Positions 1 to 43,796 of a stretch of 64,000 nucleotides of DNA are shown here, piece after piece; the first letter of the stretch is position 1; each line of letters starts with the position of its first letter. The notes beneath the pieces are model-generated. The model worked only from the letters and a program-made list of their open reading frames with translations, made no database searches and was not told the origin of the DNA. Source of the stretch: the human T2T-CHM13v2.0 reference genome, Homo sapiens; NCBI RefSeq assembly GCF_009914755.1, contig NC_060926.1; one strand, written 5' to 3'. Both the position numbers and the translations under genes were made by a program.

Positions 1-451
1 TGGTGAGTTTTATTCTTGAACCAAGAATATACTATCTTAATTTCTGTAGTTTTTATAATAAGCTTTGACAACAAATAAGGCAGTTGTCTTCTTCGATTCT
101 TTTTTAAAAAAAAATTTTAAGATACGGGGTCTCACTATGTTTGTCAGACCGATCTCTAACTCCTGGGATCAAGCAATCATTTCATCTCAGCCTCCCAAGT
201 AGACAGGACTACAGGCACGCACCACTACACCCAGCTCAAATCTTGGCTATAAAAAAGTATCAGCTTGTCAACTCCCACACAAAAAGAAGAAAAGCAAGGA
301 GGAGGAGAGAAACTGTCGGTATTTTTATTAGAATTGCACTGAATCTATGTATCAATTTGGAGGATAACATATTTTACAATATTGAGTTTCACATCATGAA
401 TAAGAGATATCTTCCAAATCATTTGGACCTTCTTACATAAAATTTTCTCTA

Positions 452-849
<398 letters not shown>

Positions 850-1016
850 TTAAAAATTTCGTTTTTTACCCATTTTTTATTGGTATGTAGAAATAAAATT
901 GATATTTGTATGTTGATTTTTCAGCCAGCTGTATTGATAAACTCTCTCATTACGGCCGGGTGCAGTGGCTTACACCTGTAATCCCAGCACTTTTGGAGGC
1001 CGAGGCAGGCCGATCA

Positions 1017-1262
<246 letters not shown>

Positions 1263-2345
1263 TCAAATAGTATAACTTTTGGATTTTCTACATAACAAAT
1301 AATATAAAAAGAAAGTTTTATTCCTCCCTTTCCACCTTTCTTTTATTCCTTTTCTTGTTTTAGTACATAGCTAAAGACCTAGAGTAAAATGCTGAATCGT
1401 AATAGAATAGCAGACATCCTTATCTAAAAATCTCAGAAGAATTCTAACTTAGTTTCAGTTTTCCCAGAAGCAGACCCGGAGACAAGGATCTGTGTACAGG
1501 AATTTACTGGGAGGTGAAGGAAAACATTGGTTGGGGAGTGGGAAAGGGAGACAAGGAAGGGAAGGTGGCCAATAGAGGCATGTGTTATCAGGCTTATCTC
1601 TGGAGCAGAATTCTGCTGGGGGGACTCTGGGAGCCAGTGTAAACTACATGCCTCAGAGTTCTCTCACCCCAGATGGGAGGGAGCTGTGGTATTCAGACAC
1701 AGAGTCTTGCCAGTTATTGTTTAGAGCTGCTGTGGGATGGAGCTTGAATTCCCCAGCACTTCCAACTGCCATGGGAGTGGAAAACTGTAGTCAAGCAGCA
1801 AAGAAAGCCCTCAGGCAAGAAGTGCAGATGCTGGCAGCTGAAAACGGTAGTGTGTACACTGAAATGGTAAAAGTGACGGATACAGGTAAGTTGCCAACAG
1901 TGTCTTCTACAAACCCCTTCAACATTTTACTGCATTAACAAGTAACATTTGCAGTCCCCATAGGATAACGGCAGCTGCATAAGTCCAGCCTTTCTAGACA
2001 CGCTCCTAAAATCATTTTGTCAATAAAGAGAGAAAGAAGGGGAAGAATACACATAATTGCTGAGCATGGTGGCTCACACCTGTAATACCAGGCCAAGGTG
2101 GGGGGAATTGGTTGAGTCCAGGAGTTCAAGACCAGTCTGGGCAACATAGTGAGACCGTGTCTCTACTAAAAATTAAAAAAAATTAGCTGGGTGTGGGGGC
2201 GCATGCCTGTAGTCCCAGCTGCTCAGGGGGACTGAGGCAGGAGGATCACTTGAGCCTGGGAAGTTGAGGCTGCAGTGAGCCAAGATTGCATCACTGCACT
2301 CCAGCCTGGGCAACAGACCAAGACACTGTCTCAAAACAAACAAAC

Positions 2346-2346
<1 letters not shown>

Positions 2347-2383
<37 letters not shown>
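2347..2383 (+). repeat. (AC)n microsatellite at an Alu tail
   Basis: Read directly. Confidence 0.96.
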
Positions 2384-2387
<4 letters not shown>

Positions 2388-2671
2388 ATGCTTACAGCAT
2401 AATTAGGAGACAGAAAACACCACAAACTATGATGGTAAAATGTTGCCACCTGGCCACTGTTACTCTGAAGTCCTACTATCACCATTAACATCAGGGAGCT
2501 CAGTTCTCTGGTAGCATTCCCTACTGTGAACCCTGGCCTACAAAGGACAGCCACCACTCAGTCAAAGTCTAGTAACTGTCATACTACAGCATGCAGGGTT
2601 TACCACCACCACACTTAGCATTAACAAACAAATAAGAATCCTGGTACTTAGAAAATACACAGAATAGACTA

Positions 2672-3084
<413 letters not shown>

Positions 3085-3325
3085 CTAAAAAAGGTAAACT
3101 AATCTATAGTGACAGAAAGCAGATCAATGGTTGCTTGGACGTCAGGAGTGGAGAGAGAGATTGATTGCAAAGGGGTACAAGAGGATGATGGAAAGGTTCT
3201 GTATCTTGATTGTGGTGGTGGTTTCCCAGGTGTATATGGTATATCTGTCAAAATTCATAGAATTTTACACTTTAAGTGTATAATTTATTATATGGAAATA
3301 ATACCCCAATTTTTTTTTTTTTTGA

Positions 3326-3484
<159 letters not shown>

Positions 3485-3607
3485 TAGTAGAGACAGGGTT
3501 CCTCCATGTTGGTCAGGCTGGTCTCAAACTCCGAACCTCAGGTGACACGCCCACCCCGGCCTCCCAAAGTGCTGGGATTACAGGCATGAGCCACTGCACC
3601 CAGCCTT

Positions 3608-4622
<1,015 letters not shown>

Positions 4623-4951
4623 TGGGGTAACATTTCTATCACCCTCTTAAAAGTTTTCTTGCACCCTTTTGCAACCAAACTCTCTCTCAATCCTTGACAT
4701 TCAAGCAACCACTGGTCTGCTGTCACTATAGTTCAGCTGGCATTTTCTAGAATTTATCCCATGGGAAAAACCAAGGCAAATGTACAACGATATATCTACA
4801 TTTATCTCAATGTTATTTAGAGTTGTCAACTGGAGAAAAACTTAAATGACCATTATTAACAGACTGAATAAATAATGACCATCTATACAATAAAATACTG
4901 TACGCCAATTGTAAGAGTAAATACAGTGTGAGGGTAAAATTTTTTACATAA

Positions 4952-5544
<593 letters not shown>

Positions 5545-6963
5545 TAGCTACCTATAATGGACATTTCATAGTGTATTTGGGCTTGCCTTTACTGAGAAAT
5601 CTTTAGATGAATTCTAACTTTTTGCCATTGCTAAATTAAATTTATATGTATTGATATAGAAATATCTCTATATTATATTAAGTTTTTTAGAAAGCTGAAG
5701 TGGAATATTTATATGGAAATAAACTTTTATATAGGTATCAAAAAGATTGGAAGGACACCAGTTTGCACAATTATTTTAGTGGAAGGAAGGAGGTTGGTTT
5801 ATAAGCAGGCTTTGACTTTTTCTTTTTCTTTTTTTTTTTTTGAGAGAGTTTCACCCTTGTTGCCCAGGCTAGAGTGCAATGGCAGGATCTTGGCTCACCA
5901 CAACCTCCGCCTCCTGGGTTCAAGCGATTCTCCTGCCTCAGCCTCCGGAGTGGCTGAATTACAGGCATGTGCCACCACGCCCGGCTAATTTTGTATTTTT
6001 AGTAGGGACAGGGTTTCTCCATGTTGGTCAGGCTGGTCTTGAACTCCCGACCTCAGGTGATCCGCCCACCTCAGCCTCCTAAAGTGCTGGGACTACAGGC
6101 ATGACCCATCACGCCTGGCCTTTTTTCTCTGAGACAGAGCCTTGCTCTGTTGCCCAGGCTGGAGTGTGGTGGCTCCATCTCAGCTCACTGCAACCTACGC
6201 CTCCTTGGTTCAAGCTATTCTCCTGCCTCAGTCTCCTGAATAGCTGAGATTACAGGTGTGTGCCACCATGCCTGGCTAATTTTTTTGTATTTTTTTTTAA
6301 GTAGAGATGGGTTTCACCATGTTGGCAAGGCTGGTCTTGAACTCTGACCTCAAGTGATCCACCTGCCTTGGCCTCCCAAAATGCTGGGAATACAGATGTG
6401 AGCCGCTGCACCCGGCCAGACTTTGACTTTTCCAATTTTTTCAATGATAATCTTTTTTCCTGATAATATGTTCACAATCAAGTAATACCAGGGACTGCTG
6501 AGAAGTGGATGATGAAGGGTGATAAGATATAGACTGTGCCCTTCTCTTTGCAGCTCCTGAGAGGGGATGGGAAGGGATTTTGGGAGGGTGAGAAACAGCT
6601 TTGTCTGCCCAGAGCAGCTCTGAAGGTGGCCCAGTGCAGAACAGGATCTCTGAAGGCAGAGCGGGACACCCATTCTGGGGATGGAAAGAGGGAAGACCGT
6701 TGAGGCCATTTCCCAGGTGGAGGACTAGGGGTGGGAGAAGTGACCTTCTGCTTGAGGATCCAGTCCACCCTTCACCCACTTCAGACATGGACTTGAGACA
6801 GAGAAGAGATTTAAAACCAGATTTAAAACCATCAGCTCCCAGGAGTGTGGCCTCCTCCACCTGCTCCCCAACTTTTCTGGTTCCAAAGGTTCAAGCCAGG
6901 CTCAACTCCCACTCCTCTAGTCTCCAAATAAGCGTAGCACGGAGAGTCTGAGTGACAATCCAC

Positions 6964-6969
6964 TTTAAT
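6964..6969 (-). terminator. DNPEP: Proximal DNPEP polyadenylation signal (ATTAAA variant)
   Basis: tttaat on plus strand = ATTAAA on minus, about 76 nt past the stop. Confidence 0.7.
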
Positions 6970-7044
6970 AATCCAGCTTCAGCTCAGCTGAGAACTTCCC
7001 CTCTCAGGTGCAAAGGGATGGCAGAGAAGTCTTTCCAAGAGGGC

Positions 7045-20564
<13,520 letters not shown>

Positions 20565-20579
20565 CTGGCCTCCGGGCTC

Positions 20580-21335
20580 GGCCCGCCCCCACCGCGCCGC
20601 CTGCCCCGCCCCTCACTAGCTTTGCAGGTCCCCCGCGTGCCCCTTCAGGCCGCGCCGCACTCGTAGGCCTTCATCACGCTTCCCCGGCCGCGCCGCCCCG
20701 CCCCATGTTGGGCCTCCCCGCCCACCTCTCCCCGCCCCTCGGCATCCGCCCCGCCCACCTCGGTCAGCCCCGCCCCTCGGCGGGCTTACCCTGTCCGCTC
20801 CGCCCCTCGCTGGGCACCACCACCCGCCTTGCCCCGCCCTTGCCCCGCCCCTAGCTTGGCCGCCCCGCCCGCCCCGCCCCGCCCCTCGCCAGGAAGCACC
20901 GCCCGCCCTGCCCCTCGCAGGGCTGCACCGCCCGCCCCGCCCCTCGTCAAGCTTCCTCGTCCGCCCCGCCTCTCGCCAGGCTGCACCGCCCTCCCCGCTT
21001 TGTCCCGCCCCTCACCAGGTTTCCCCCATCCGCTCCGGCCCTCGCTGTACCCCACTACTCGCCCTGCCCCCGCCCTTGCTCCGCCCCGCCCTTCGTCAGG
21101 CCTCCTTGCGCTCCCCGCCCCTTGTCAGGCCGTGCCGCCCACCCCGCCCCGCTCCTCGCCAGGCTGCTCCACCCGCCCCGCCGCTCGTCACGCTTCCTCG
21201 TCCGCCCCGCCCCTCGCTAGGCTGCACCGCCCGCCCCGCTTCCGCCCCATCCCTCTCCAGGCCGCGCCTCCGCCTCCGGCCCGCCCTCGTCTCCGCCCCT
21301 GCGGGGGCTGCTCGTTAGGCCCCGCCCTGCACCCC
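20580..21335 (+). repeat. Degenerate GC-box minisatellite (~28-30 nt unit, roughly CCGCCCCGCCCCTCGYCAGGCTGCACCG)
   Basis: Unit recurs many times; a 70-nt block at 20931-21000 is repeated at 21172-21241 with 5 mismatches. Confidence 0.8.
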
Positions 21336-22256
21336 CGTCACCCACGCCGCGCGACCCGCAGCCGCCGCCAGGGCCCTCTGCTGCCGCGGAGGTGCTAGGA
21401 CAGCCGCGGACGGCCCGCCTCCCCGTGCCCCGGGCCTCGAGGCCAATAAAAAGCTCGCCCCTCCAGCTCACCGGGTCCGACGGGTACGGTACAAAGTGCT
21501 GTCTCTCGCCACAGCCACCTTTGTGACAATAAAAGCAATAAGGCTAATGTCCATGGGGCGCTCACGGTGAGCTTTAGCTTTATGATAAAGATTGGCCTGT
21601 TACCTCGTTTAATCTTCACAACTGCCCCATCAACTATGTACTCTTACTGTCCCCAGTTTATGCATGAACAGAGAAAGCTGAGATACGGAGACTAGTGATC
21701 CGTCGAGGTAATAAACGGCACAGGTGGGGTTTGAACTCCATCAGTTTGATTGCAGAGGCCTGGAACAACCCTACAGCCTTCTCTCAGATCTTTTCTGGAC
21801 CTTTTTCTATGCGCTTTGGTAAGTGTTATGTTACACGGGAGGTCCACAAGGGACACAGAAGTTGACTTGCCCAAGATCACATAGCTGTTTGGGTGGATCT
21901 GGGATTTGACTCTGATATCTGTGCCCTTTCCATTTGTTAAAAACAACAGAAAAACAAATTCCACATTATTGGCAGTTCCAGTATTCCCATGTCAGGAGTA
22001 GTGAGTAGCACGTTTAAACCCCATGCACCTTCCTAGCTGCAGGAACTGATCAGGACTCTTGGTGGCCTCTAGATCCAAAACAGGGCCCAGCTACCAGGGG
22101 TTCAAACAAAATTCCAGAGATCACAGGTTTATGGAGCAACCTGCCGTTTATATACCTGGGGTGGGGAGTGACAGGGTGGGATGGGGAGAGGCTGGAAAGG
22201 TCCTGCAGCCCTCACTTCAAACTAGTAGATATGGCAGGGGAGTTTTCAAGAATTCA

Positions 22257-22854
<598 letters not shown>

Positions 22855-23461
22855 TCACCAAAATGCATAACTTAGAAAGTGAGCCGGGAGTGGTGGCTCA
22901 CGCCTGTCATCCCAGCATTTTGGGAGGGAAATACAGAAGTGTTCCTATTCAAATCAGAAGTGAGACATTGATGAGCTATTACTGCTGCTAGACAATGTGG
23001 AGCTGTAGTCAGAGCCAGTACCACAAAACAAAATTAACAATTCTATATGTGCAAAAGTAAAATTGGTCATTATTTATAGATTATATGATTATCTAGAATC
23101 CCCAAGAAAATAAACGATCAAGCTATTATTAGAACTGGTAGGAAGGGTAGCCTAATTTAAAAAACACTGACTTTCTTGTACAATAATCACCTAGAAAATA
23201 TAAAAGTAAAAAGGTTCTTATTGACCATTTTTGGTTTGGGTAAAAAAGAAAAAAGTAAAAGGGCTATATTTACAAGAGCAAGAAATATTGTTAAATTTCT
23301 AGTCATGAACATATGAGACACCTAATCTCACTTTAAACAGGAAAATGCAAGTTAAAAATGAGATAACAGTTGGGCGTGGTGGCTCATGCCTGTAATCCCA
23401 GCACTTTGGGAGGCAAAGGCGGGTGGATCACGAGGTCAGGAGTTTGAGACTAGCCTGGCTA

Positions 23462-23708
<247 letters not shown>

Positions 23709-23745
23709 TCAAGTGTTGGAGAAGGCTTGGGGTAATGCAAGCATT

Positions 23746-24100
23746 TTCTGGAGGCTAAAGCAACTCCATCTGGGAAGCTAATCTGCCATGTTGACTTTTC
23801 AACAACCTGTTCCAGGAATGACTCTAAGTTTTCTACTTTACCTACTATTACCATAAATCCTGCGCTTAGACAGATTCACATAGCATTCATGACTTTGCCT
23901 GAGGGGTCAACTTCAATTGTTTGACACATTGTTTCCCTATGGTATGTAAGCCCTGGGTTTGCAGGGTAATCCACCATTTCATCTCTGAAACTATGGCCTC
24001 TATTCATAAGTCCCTATGAAATGTTTCTTTCTGAGAGACTGTATATGTCAGCCTCTTTCGTCGGCTTTTCAGCTTCCCTGAACTTTGGGGGTATGTTTGC
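23746..24100 (+). mobile_element. ERV-type LTR fragment
   Basis: Begins tggaggctaaagcaactccatc, LTR-like; subfamily not assigned. Confidence 0.5.
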
Positions 24101-25470
24101 ACAGACCTTTATACCCAAATTTCTGTGGTGTAAATGTTCCCCGTGGCCGATTTCAAGCTGTCGAGATGATGTCACTGAAGGGAGTTGGGAAGAGCTGTGC
24201 GGAAGCATGCCATTATGTAGATTTCCACCATGCAGACACAATGGATAGAAATAACATCAACAGCATAGATTTAAGAAGGCAGTAAAATGTTTGGAAAGGT
24301 GATGGATTTTTGGTTTTCATTATCTGTAATATAATTTATTTAATTGTAAGTGTATATAATTTAGTTTTTTTTAATGATTGCTGTGTTTAACAACAAGCTC
24401 ACCAAATTCCTGGAAATTTGACAATCAGTTCTCATGAGCTTGTCCAAGTTGGCCCCAGCACACTATTCCACCCGTACTGTACATCTTTGCTACTAAATGT
24501 GTGATCTGTTGACCAGCAATGTCAATAACATCTGGGAGCTTTTTAGAAATGCAGAACCTCAGGGCTTACCCTAGAGTTATAGAATCAGCATCTGCATGTT
24601 AACAAGATTCCTAGATGATTTGAATGCTTGAGACACAGTATTTTAAAGTGCTGTGTAGCAGTTCATAAAAAAAAAAAAAAAGGTCAGTCTTTAGGAATTG
24701 TTACAGAAAAGAATTCCAAATATACTGTTGAGTGAAAAAAAAAAGCAATTTCTAGAATGTAAGGTGAGGGCCTTTAGATAAAACTCACACAATGAGCTAA
24801 ATTTATATTTCTAGATGTTATATAAATACATATGTAAATGGATAGAAACAGGTTTGGAAGGATAATGGTCACCTCTGGGTAAGGGAATGGTGATGGATTT
24901 GGAGTTCAGGTGGCAAAGTCAAGGGATGACTAGGGATCAAGAAAGAAAAAGTTTCTGAGAATCGTTCTTGCCCTTGGCCTTCTGAGAAAATCTTCCCTGG
25001 AAGATCTCAGCTGATGTTTACAATGCTACCATTATTCATTCATCTTTTTGGTTTAACACATATTAAAGTGCAAATACTTTTGCGTGAACATAGAAGTCAG
25101 TTACATACACTTCAGTGTGAGTTTATAAGATACATATGTCTTTTTTTTTTTTTTTTATTGAGACGGAGTCTCGCTCTGTTGCCCAAGCTAGAGGGCAGTG
25201 GCAACCATCTCAGCTCACTGCAATCTCCGCCTCCTGGGTTCAAGTGATTCTCCTGCCTCAGCCTCCCATGTAGCTGGGATTATAGGTGCCCTCTACCACA
25301 CCCAGTTAAATTTTTTTTTTTGAGACGGAGTCTCACTCTGTTGTCCAGGCTGGAGTGCAGTGGCGCTATTTTGGCTTACTGCAACCTTCATTTCCTGGGT
25401 TCCAGAGATTCTCCTGCCTCAGCCTCCTGAGTAGCTGGGATTACAAGCACGCATCACCATGCCTGGCTAA

Positions 25471-25620
<150 letters not shown>

Positions 25621-25851
25621 TGATCCTACCTTTCCCTATTCCTCACTCCTGTCTTCATGACTCTCCTACCTAGGATGAGCCATACATTCCACTGTTGTGC
25701 TCACTCCCTCGCACACACCTTCAAGTTCCTGCTCTAGATTTGCGGACTTGCCTGGCAAAACCCCAACCCTGACTGCAACCAGCTCCTCCCCTGCTCCAAC
25801 CTGTGTGGCTGGAGAAACATCCAAGCCGCGCTGCCTGGTCTCACTTTAAAC

Positions 25852-28500
<2,649 letters not shown>

Positions 28501-28997
28501 ACCCTGCCTCCCAAGCTCCTTCACAAAGCCTTCCCTAGCATCTCCAGAGGGAAGTGCTTAGGGAGGCCAATCCTCCTCTCCTAGCGCCAGTGTCATCTCC
28601 TGTCTTAGGATCCACAGGAAGAAGTCTCTGTCAACTGGAAGTAACCTGCTGGCCTGTGACATGTAATCAATTTTACTTTGCTGCTGCAATCCTCAGTGCC
28701 TGGCAGGTAGTGGATATATAATAAACACTTACTGAATTAAAGAAATTTTGAAAAATAATTGTTCTTTGTGAAAAAGGGCCCTCATGGGATAATACTCAGC
28801 GATAAAAAGGAACGAGTGGTTGCTAAATGCAACGCTGTGGATGGATCTCAGGTGCCTTATGCTGAGTGAAAAAAATGACAAAATTATAGAGATGGAGAAC
28901 AGATTAGTGGTTGCTCAGGGCTAGGGAGGATTTGGGGAGGGATGTGTGACTATGAAGGAGTAGCTCAGGAATATCTTGATGGTGATGGATAGTTCTA

Positions 28998-29520
<523 letters not shown>

Positions 29521-30149
29521 GAAAAAAATAGCATCAAACCCTACGCACACACATTTTACCTATGTCACTTTCCTGAGTGTAATACTGTGCTGTGCTTATC
29601 TAAGATGTAACCATCTGGGGAAACTGAGTGGAGGGCACACAGACCTCCATGTACAATTTCTGCAACCTCTTGGGAAGGTAAAATTATTTCCAAATAAAAA
29701 GGTTTTCAGAATGGCCCTCAAAGGAAAACCAACTGCTCCTGTTAGTGATGAAAACAAAGAGGTATAGGAAAGTGCTGGTTACTAACCTTGCAAGTTTTAT
29801 GGAACACTGTAAAACTGGCACTTCACAAAGGTCTTAAGATGTATCCCCCTTGAATGTCAATGCTCTTGTATAGTTAGTGACAGTATAACAAAGTGGTTAT
29901 GAGCGTGGGCTCAGGATCCACACACCGGGCTCACATCCTGGCTCCTGCATTTATTAGCTGTGGGTCGTATTTGCCGTGTTGTGCCAGAGCCAGCCCCCCT
30001 CCCCTCCCCTCCCACCCCCGTCTCTTTCCTGTTCCACATTCAGAGACATCAGACAGGAAGCTTGAGACAGGCCTGCAAGTATTTACACCACTGAGATTGG
30101 CAAACACTACAAATCAGGGCATTTTTTTTTTCTTCCAGAGAGCTAATTG

Positions 30150-30682
30150 GTTTTTTGTTTTGTTTTGTTTTATTTTTTGAGACAGAGTTTTGCTCTGTTG
30201 CCCAGGCTGGAGTACAGTGGCGTGATCTTGGCTCACTGCAACTTCAGCCTCCTGGATTCAAGTGATTCTCATGCTTCAGCCTTCCAAGTAGCCTCCATAT
30301 GATCAAGAATGTGGGTGGAATAGGTTTGGGGAACAAGGAGTTCAGATTAAGACATTACACTGGAGATTCCTATTAGGCCCACACGGACACTGTGCAAAAA
30401 CAATTGGATATGTGAGATTATATATAGTTCAGAAGAGATATCTGGGCTGGGGATATGTAAATTTGACAATTATCGGGGTACAGATGCTATTTAAAGTCAT
30501 GAGATTGGAGATTAGCAAGGGTTACAGGCATGTGCCACCATGCCTGGCTAATTTTTGTATTTTTAGTAGAGACAAGGTTTTGCCATGTTGGCCAGGCTGT
30601 TCTTAAACTCCTGACCTCAAGTGATTCACCCGCCTCGGCCTCCCAAAGTGCTGGGATTACAGGCATGAGCCACTGTGCCTGG
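30150..30682 (-). mobile_element. Alu interrupted by a ~230-bp non-Alu insert (30293-30521)
   Basis: Alu breaks at ...ccaagtagc and resumes at ttacaggcatgtgcc. Confidence 0.88.
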
Positions 30683-31113
30683 ATGCTTTTCTTTTTTTTT
30701 TAATTTTTAATTTTAGATGGAGTTTCAGTATGTTGCCCGCACTGGCGGCAAACACCTGGGCTCAAGCAGTCCTCCCATCTTGGCCTCCCAAAGTGTTAGG
30801 ATTACAGTTGTGAGCCATCACACCTGGCCCAGAGAGCTAGCTGTTAAACATCTACCATCACACCACAGACTTAGAGCCTTAGCTTCCTCATCTGTAAACC
30901 GGTGGAAGATAGTCATAACCTCATAATGTTATGAGGAGTAAATGGGATAATGCACGTAGGGTGCTCATCACTGAGTTCTTCAAATAGTTAAGTGGGCAGT
31001 ACTTGTGAGCTAGTATTATCTCTCATTTTGAACCGTGAGCAACTTAAGGGCAGGTCGCTGCGCTAATCATCTTGATATCTTTAGTGCCTGGCCTGACATG
31101 TAGTAGGTTCTCA

Positions 31114-31461
<348 letters not shown>

Positions 31462-32662
31462 CTAGGGTAATATGTCTCTAGAAAACCTGGACTTTTTCAG
31501 AAGACTTTTAGGACATACTTCTTAATCTTTAAACATGAGGGTTTTCAGGCCCTGTGGCAGGATGCCAGGGGGGTCTGGGGTGCACTCCTACCACCCAAGG
31601 GTAATGTCTGCCCTTGCAGGCCCACCTCTGAGCCCCCAAGGAATGCAGCTTCTGATGCACCCCCTCCAGGTGGCAGGCACAGGCCCTCGCCTTCCTCTGG
31701 GAGCCAAGATGGGGCATTTCTGGCTCTCAACCTGACTAGAGGTCATTTAATCCTCGCTGGATTTGTCTTGTTTATTTTAGTGAACAGGGCTGTTTACTTT
31801 CAGTTCGTATTTCTAGGGAAGCTTACTCATTTTGCTTCCCGTTTATTTACTCCTTGCAAGCACTTAAGTTTGAGTAAATATGTCTATGAAGTTCCAGGGA
31901 CTGGGTGATTCTGTGTCTGCTATTTTAATGGCCTTTAAACAGTGTCTGCCCAGGTAGGCATTTTATAGATGGGTTGAAAAGATAGGCAATTCTGTTCTCA
32001 GTGGCCTCTGACTCCTTTCCAAGCTGACAGCTGGCCACCAGCAGCTTATGAATCATGGCTTTTCATCAGTAATAAAAATATCAAAGGCCAACACCTATCT
32101 CAAACAGAAACCGACCCACCCTGGTCCACCAGGCATGGGGCTTGGAAACTGGCAGGTGTTTAAACTCTAAGGCAGTGTTTAGGGTGCGAATCCCCCGGAG
32201 TGCTATTTAAAATGCAGATTCATGAGCCCCATACCTGAAACTCCTGATTTGGAAGATTTGGGCTGAGGCCCAGGGATCTCCACTTTTAACAGGTGCTGCA
32301 AGTAATTTTGCCATCTTTAGATCACCCTGAGAAACACTAATCTAAATTATCAAAAAACACTTGTGCCGATGGGTGGGCTGCCCTTGAACTCAGTTGTTGG
32401 GCAACGTGGAGAGAATAGGGCACCAGACAGGGTTGTTTGGAAAGATTAAATCCTCCAAAGTTAGCCAAGATGATGATGAGTATTGTTCTGTTAAGCCACT
32501 TGCTCGAGGTCTGGTTTGTTAGCAGACTGAGAGCAGGGGACCCTATTTCATTCATCTCTTTATCCCCATAATGCCTAAGCCAGTGCGTGGCTCATGGAAG
32601 GCTGGTGCCTAGGAACATGTGTCTGCACTGGCTGGCCACAGAACTAGACAGGCCCCGGTTAC

Positions 32663-32722
32663 CTTGTGGTAGCCATTGAGCCAGCTGTTGGGGACGAACA
32701 TGATGGAGAGGCTCCGAGCCAT
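32663..32722 (-). CDS. DNPEP: Distal alternative DNPEP first coding exon (MARSLSIMFVPNSWLNGYHK), giving a 493-aa isoform
   Basis: Strong Kozak GTCACC-ATG-G, exactly 20 codons, phase-0 donor AAG|gtaacc matching the phase-0 exon 2 acceptor. Confidence 0.75.
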
Positions 32723-32999
32723 GGTGACCTGCTCACCTCCTCCCAAGGCTGGAGTGGACAGGCCTGAACCGTGTGCCTTTTTTGCCGGATCCTTCCCCTG
32801 CCTTGGGCCCCAACTTGCAGGGCTCTCCGACATCCCTAGAGCCCATTATGACATCACCAGTGCAATTTGAAGCAGTAACATCCTCAGGGCACCCCAAGCC
32901 ACAGGCTGACGTATGGTGGCCAACGTCTAAATGTTGACACCTGACCTGGGGGAGGGGTGTCTTGTATTCTGGGAGGCTAAGAATAGAGACTTTCTTCTT

Positions 33000-42200
<9,201 letters not shown>

Positions 42201-42966
42201 CTGGAAAAAAAGAGAGAGAAGAGGGGCCCTGGAAGGAGTGGAAGGTGCCCCTGTGGGTGGGTATTAGTCCACGGAGGGAGGGTGCACCGCAGGAGGAATT
42301 AACACTGCCTCATACCTGGAATCCCAGGGCAAGTGAGGCTCTCTCAGACCGGGTAAAGGGCCAGTTCTCTCCTTTTTGAGTTCTTTCAGTTTTTCCTAAT
42401 CCAAATGCCCTATGCTGGCCAAGCCACCTCAGCTATCCGCCCATACTAGCCACCTGTCCTCCATCCATGCCATTCATGAAATCTGGGGGCTCCTAGGTAG
42501 AGCCAGGGCCCTTATTTTCCAGAGAGCCCTCTGTGAGGTTCAGAGATCTGCCGGGGCATCCTGAAGCCCTCCAGACATTGCGCTCGGGGGACAGCAGGGA
42601 ACAGCAGAGGCCAAGGTCTGGAGGCTGGAGAGAGCTGGGTAGCCTCACCCAACAGAAAGGAGGCTGAAGCAAGGGGAGTCTGAAGGAGAGGTGAGTGACC
42701 TGCAGTTGACGAGGTGGGCAGGGCCAGTCCTGTGGGGCCCTCAGAGGCCATGACAAGTTTGGGTCTTGCTGGTTCAATAGGTCAGGGAAAGGAGAGAAGC
42801 TGGGAGTGGCAAAACAGGCAACGTTCCAAAAGGCATGAACACTGCCCCCAAATGTTTGCAGGGTAGATCTGTGAAAGGGGGGTTCTTGCTCTGCTTGGCT
42901 CCCAGGTTAGAATATGTGGCATAGCAGAGACATGTCATCTGGCTTTGAGTATCAGGAAACGTTTTC

Positions 42967-42997
<31 letters not shown>

Positions 42998-43526
42998 AAT
43001 TTTGACACAGAGTTTTGCTGTTTAGCCCAGGATGGAGTGAAGTGGTGTGATCTCGGCTCTCTGCAACCTCCACCCGCCAGGTTCAAGTGATTCTCCTGCC
43101 TCAGCCTCTCAAGTAGCTGGGATTACAGGCCCATGCCACTACACCTGGCTAATTTTTGTATTTTTAGTAGAGACGGGGTTTTGCCATGTTGGCCAGGCTG
43201 GTCTCAAACTCCTGACTTCAGGTGATCCGCCCTCCTCGGCCTCCCAAAGTGTCAGGTTTACAGGTGTGAGCCACCGCACCCGGCCAAGGAAAGGTTTTCT
43301 AACAGCAGAGCTGCGGTGCAGACATGTTAGGTACTCAGGGACTCTTCGGGAATGGAATGTGCTGCCCAGAGACAGTAAGTTCCCAGGGACTGGAGGGATT
43401 CAAGCTGATCAAGTGCTTGCTGGAGCCACAGTAAAGAAGACTTCGGACTTCAGTGAGAAGTGGGAGCATGAGACTGGTCAGCCTCATGACCTGCTGAGGT
43501 CCAACTGTAAGCTTCTAAAACTCTGA

Positions 43527-43796
<270 letters not shown>

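Noticed and set aside
20580-21335. Repeat array considered as CRISPR-like
   Set aside because: Eukaryotic context, degenerate contiguous units, no unique spacers and no cas genes.
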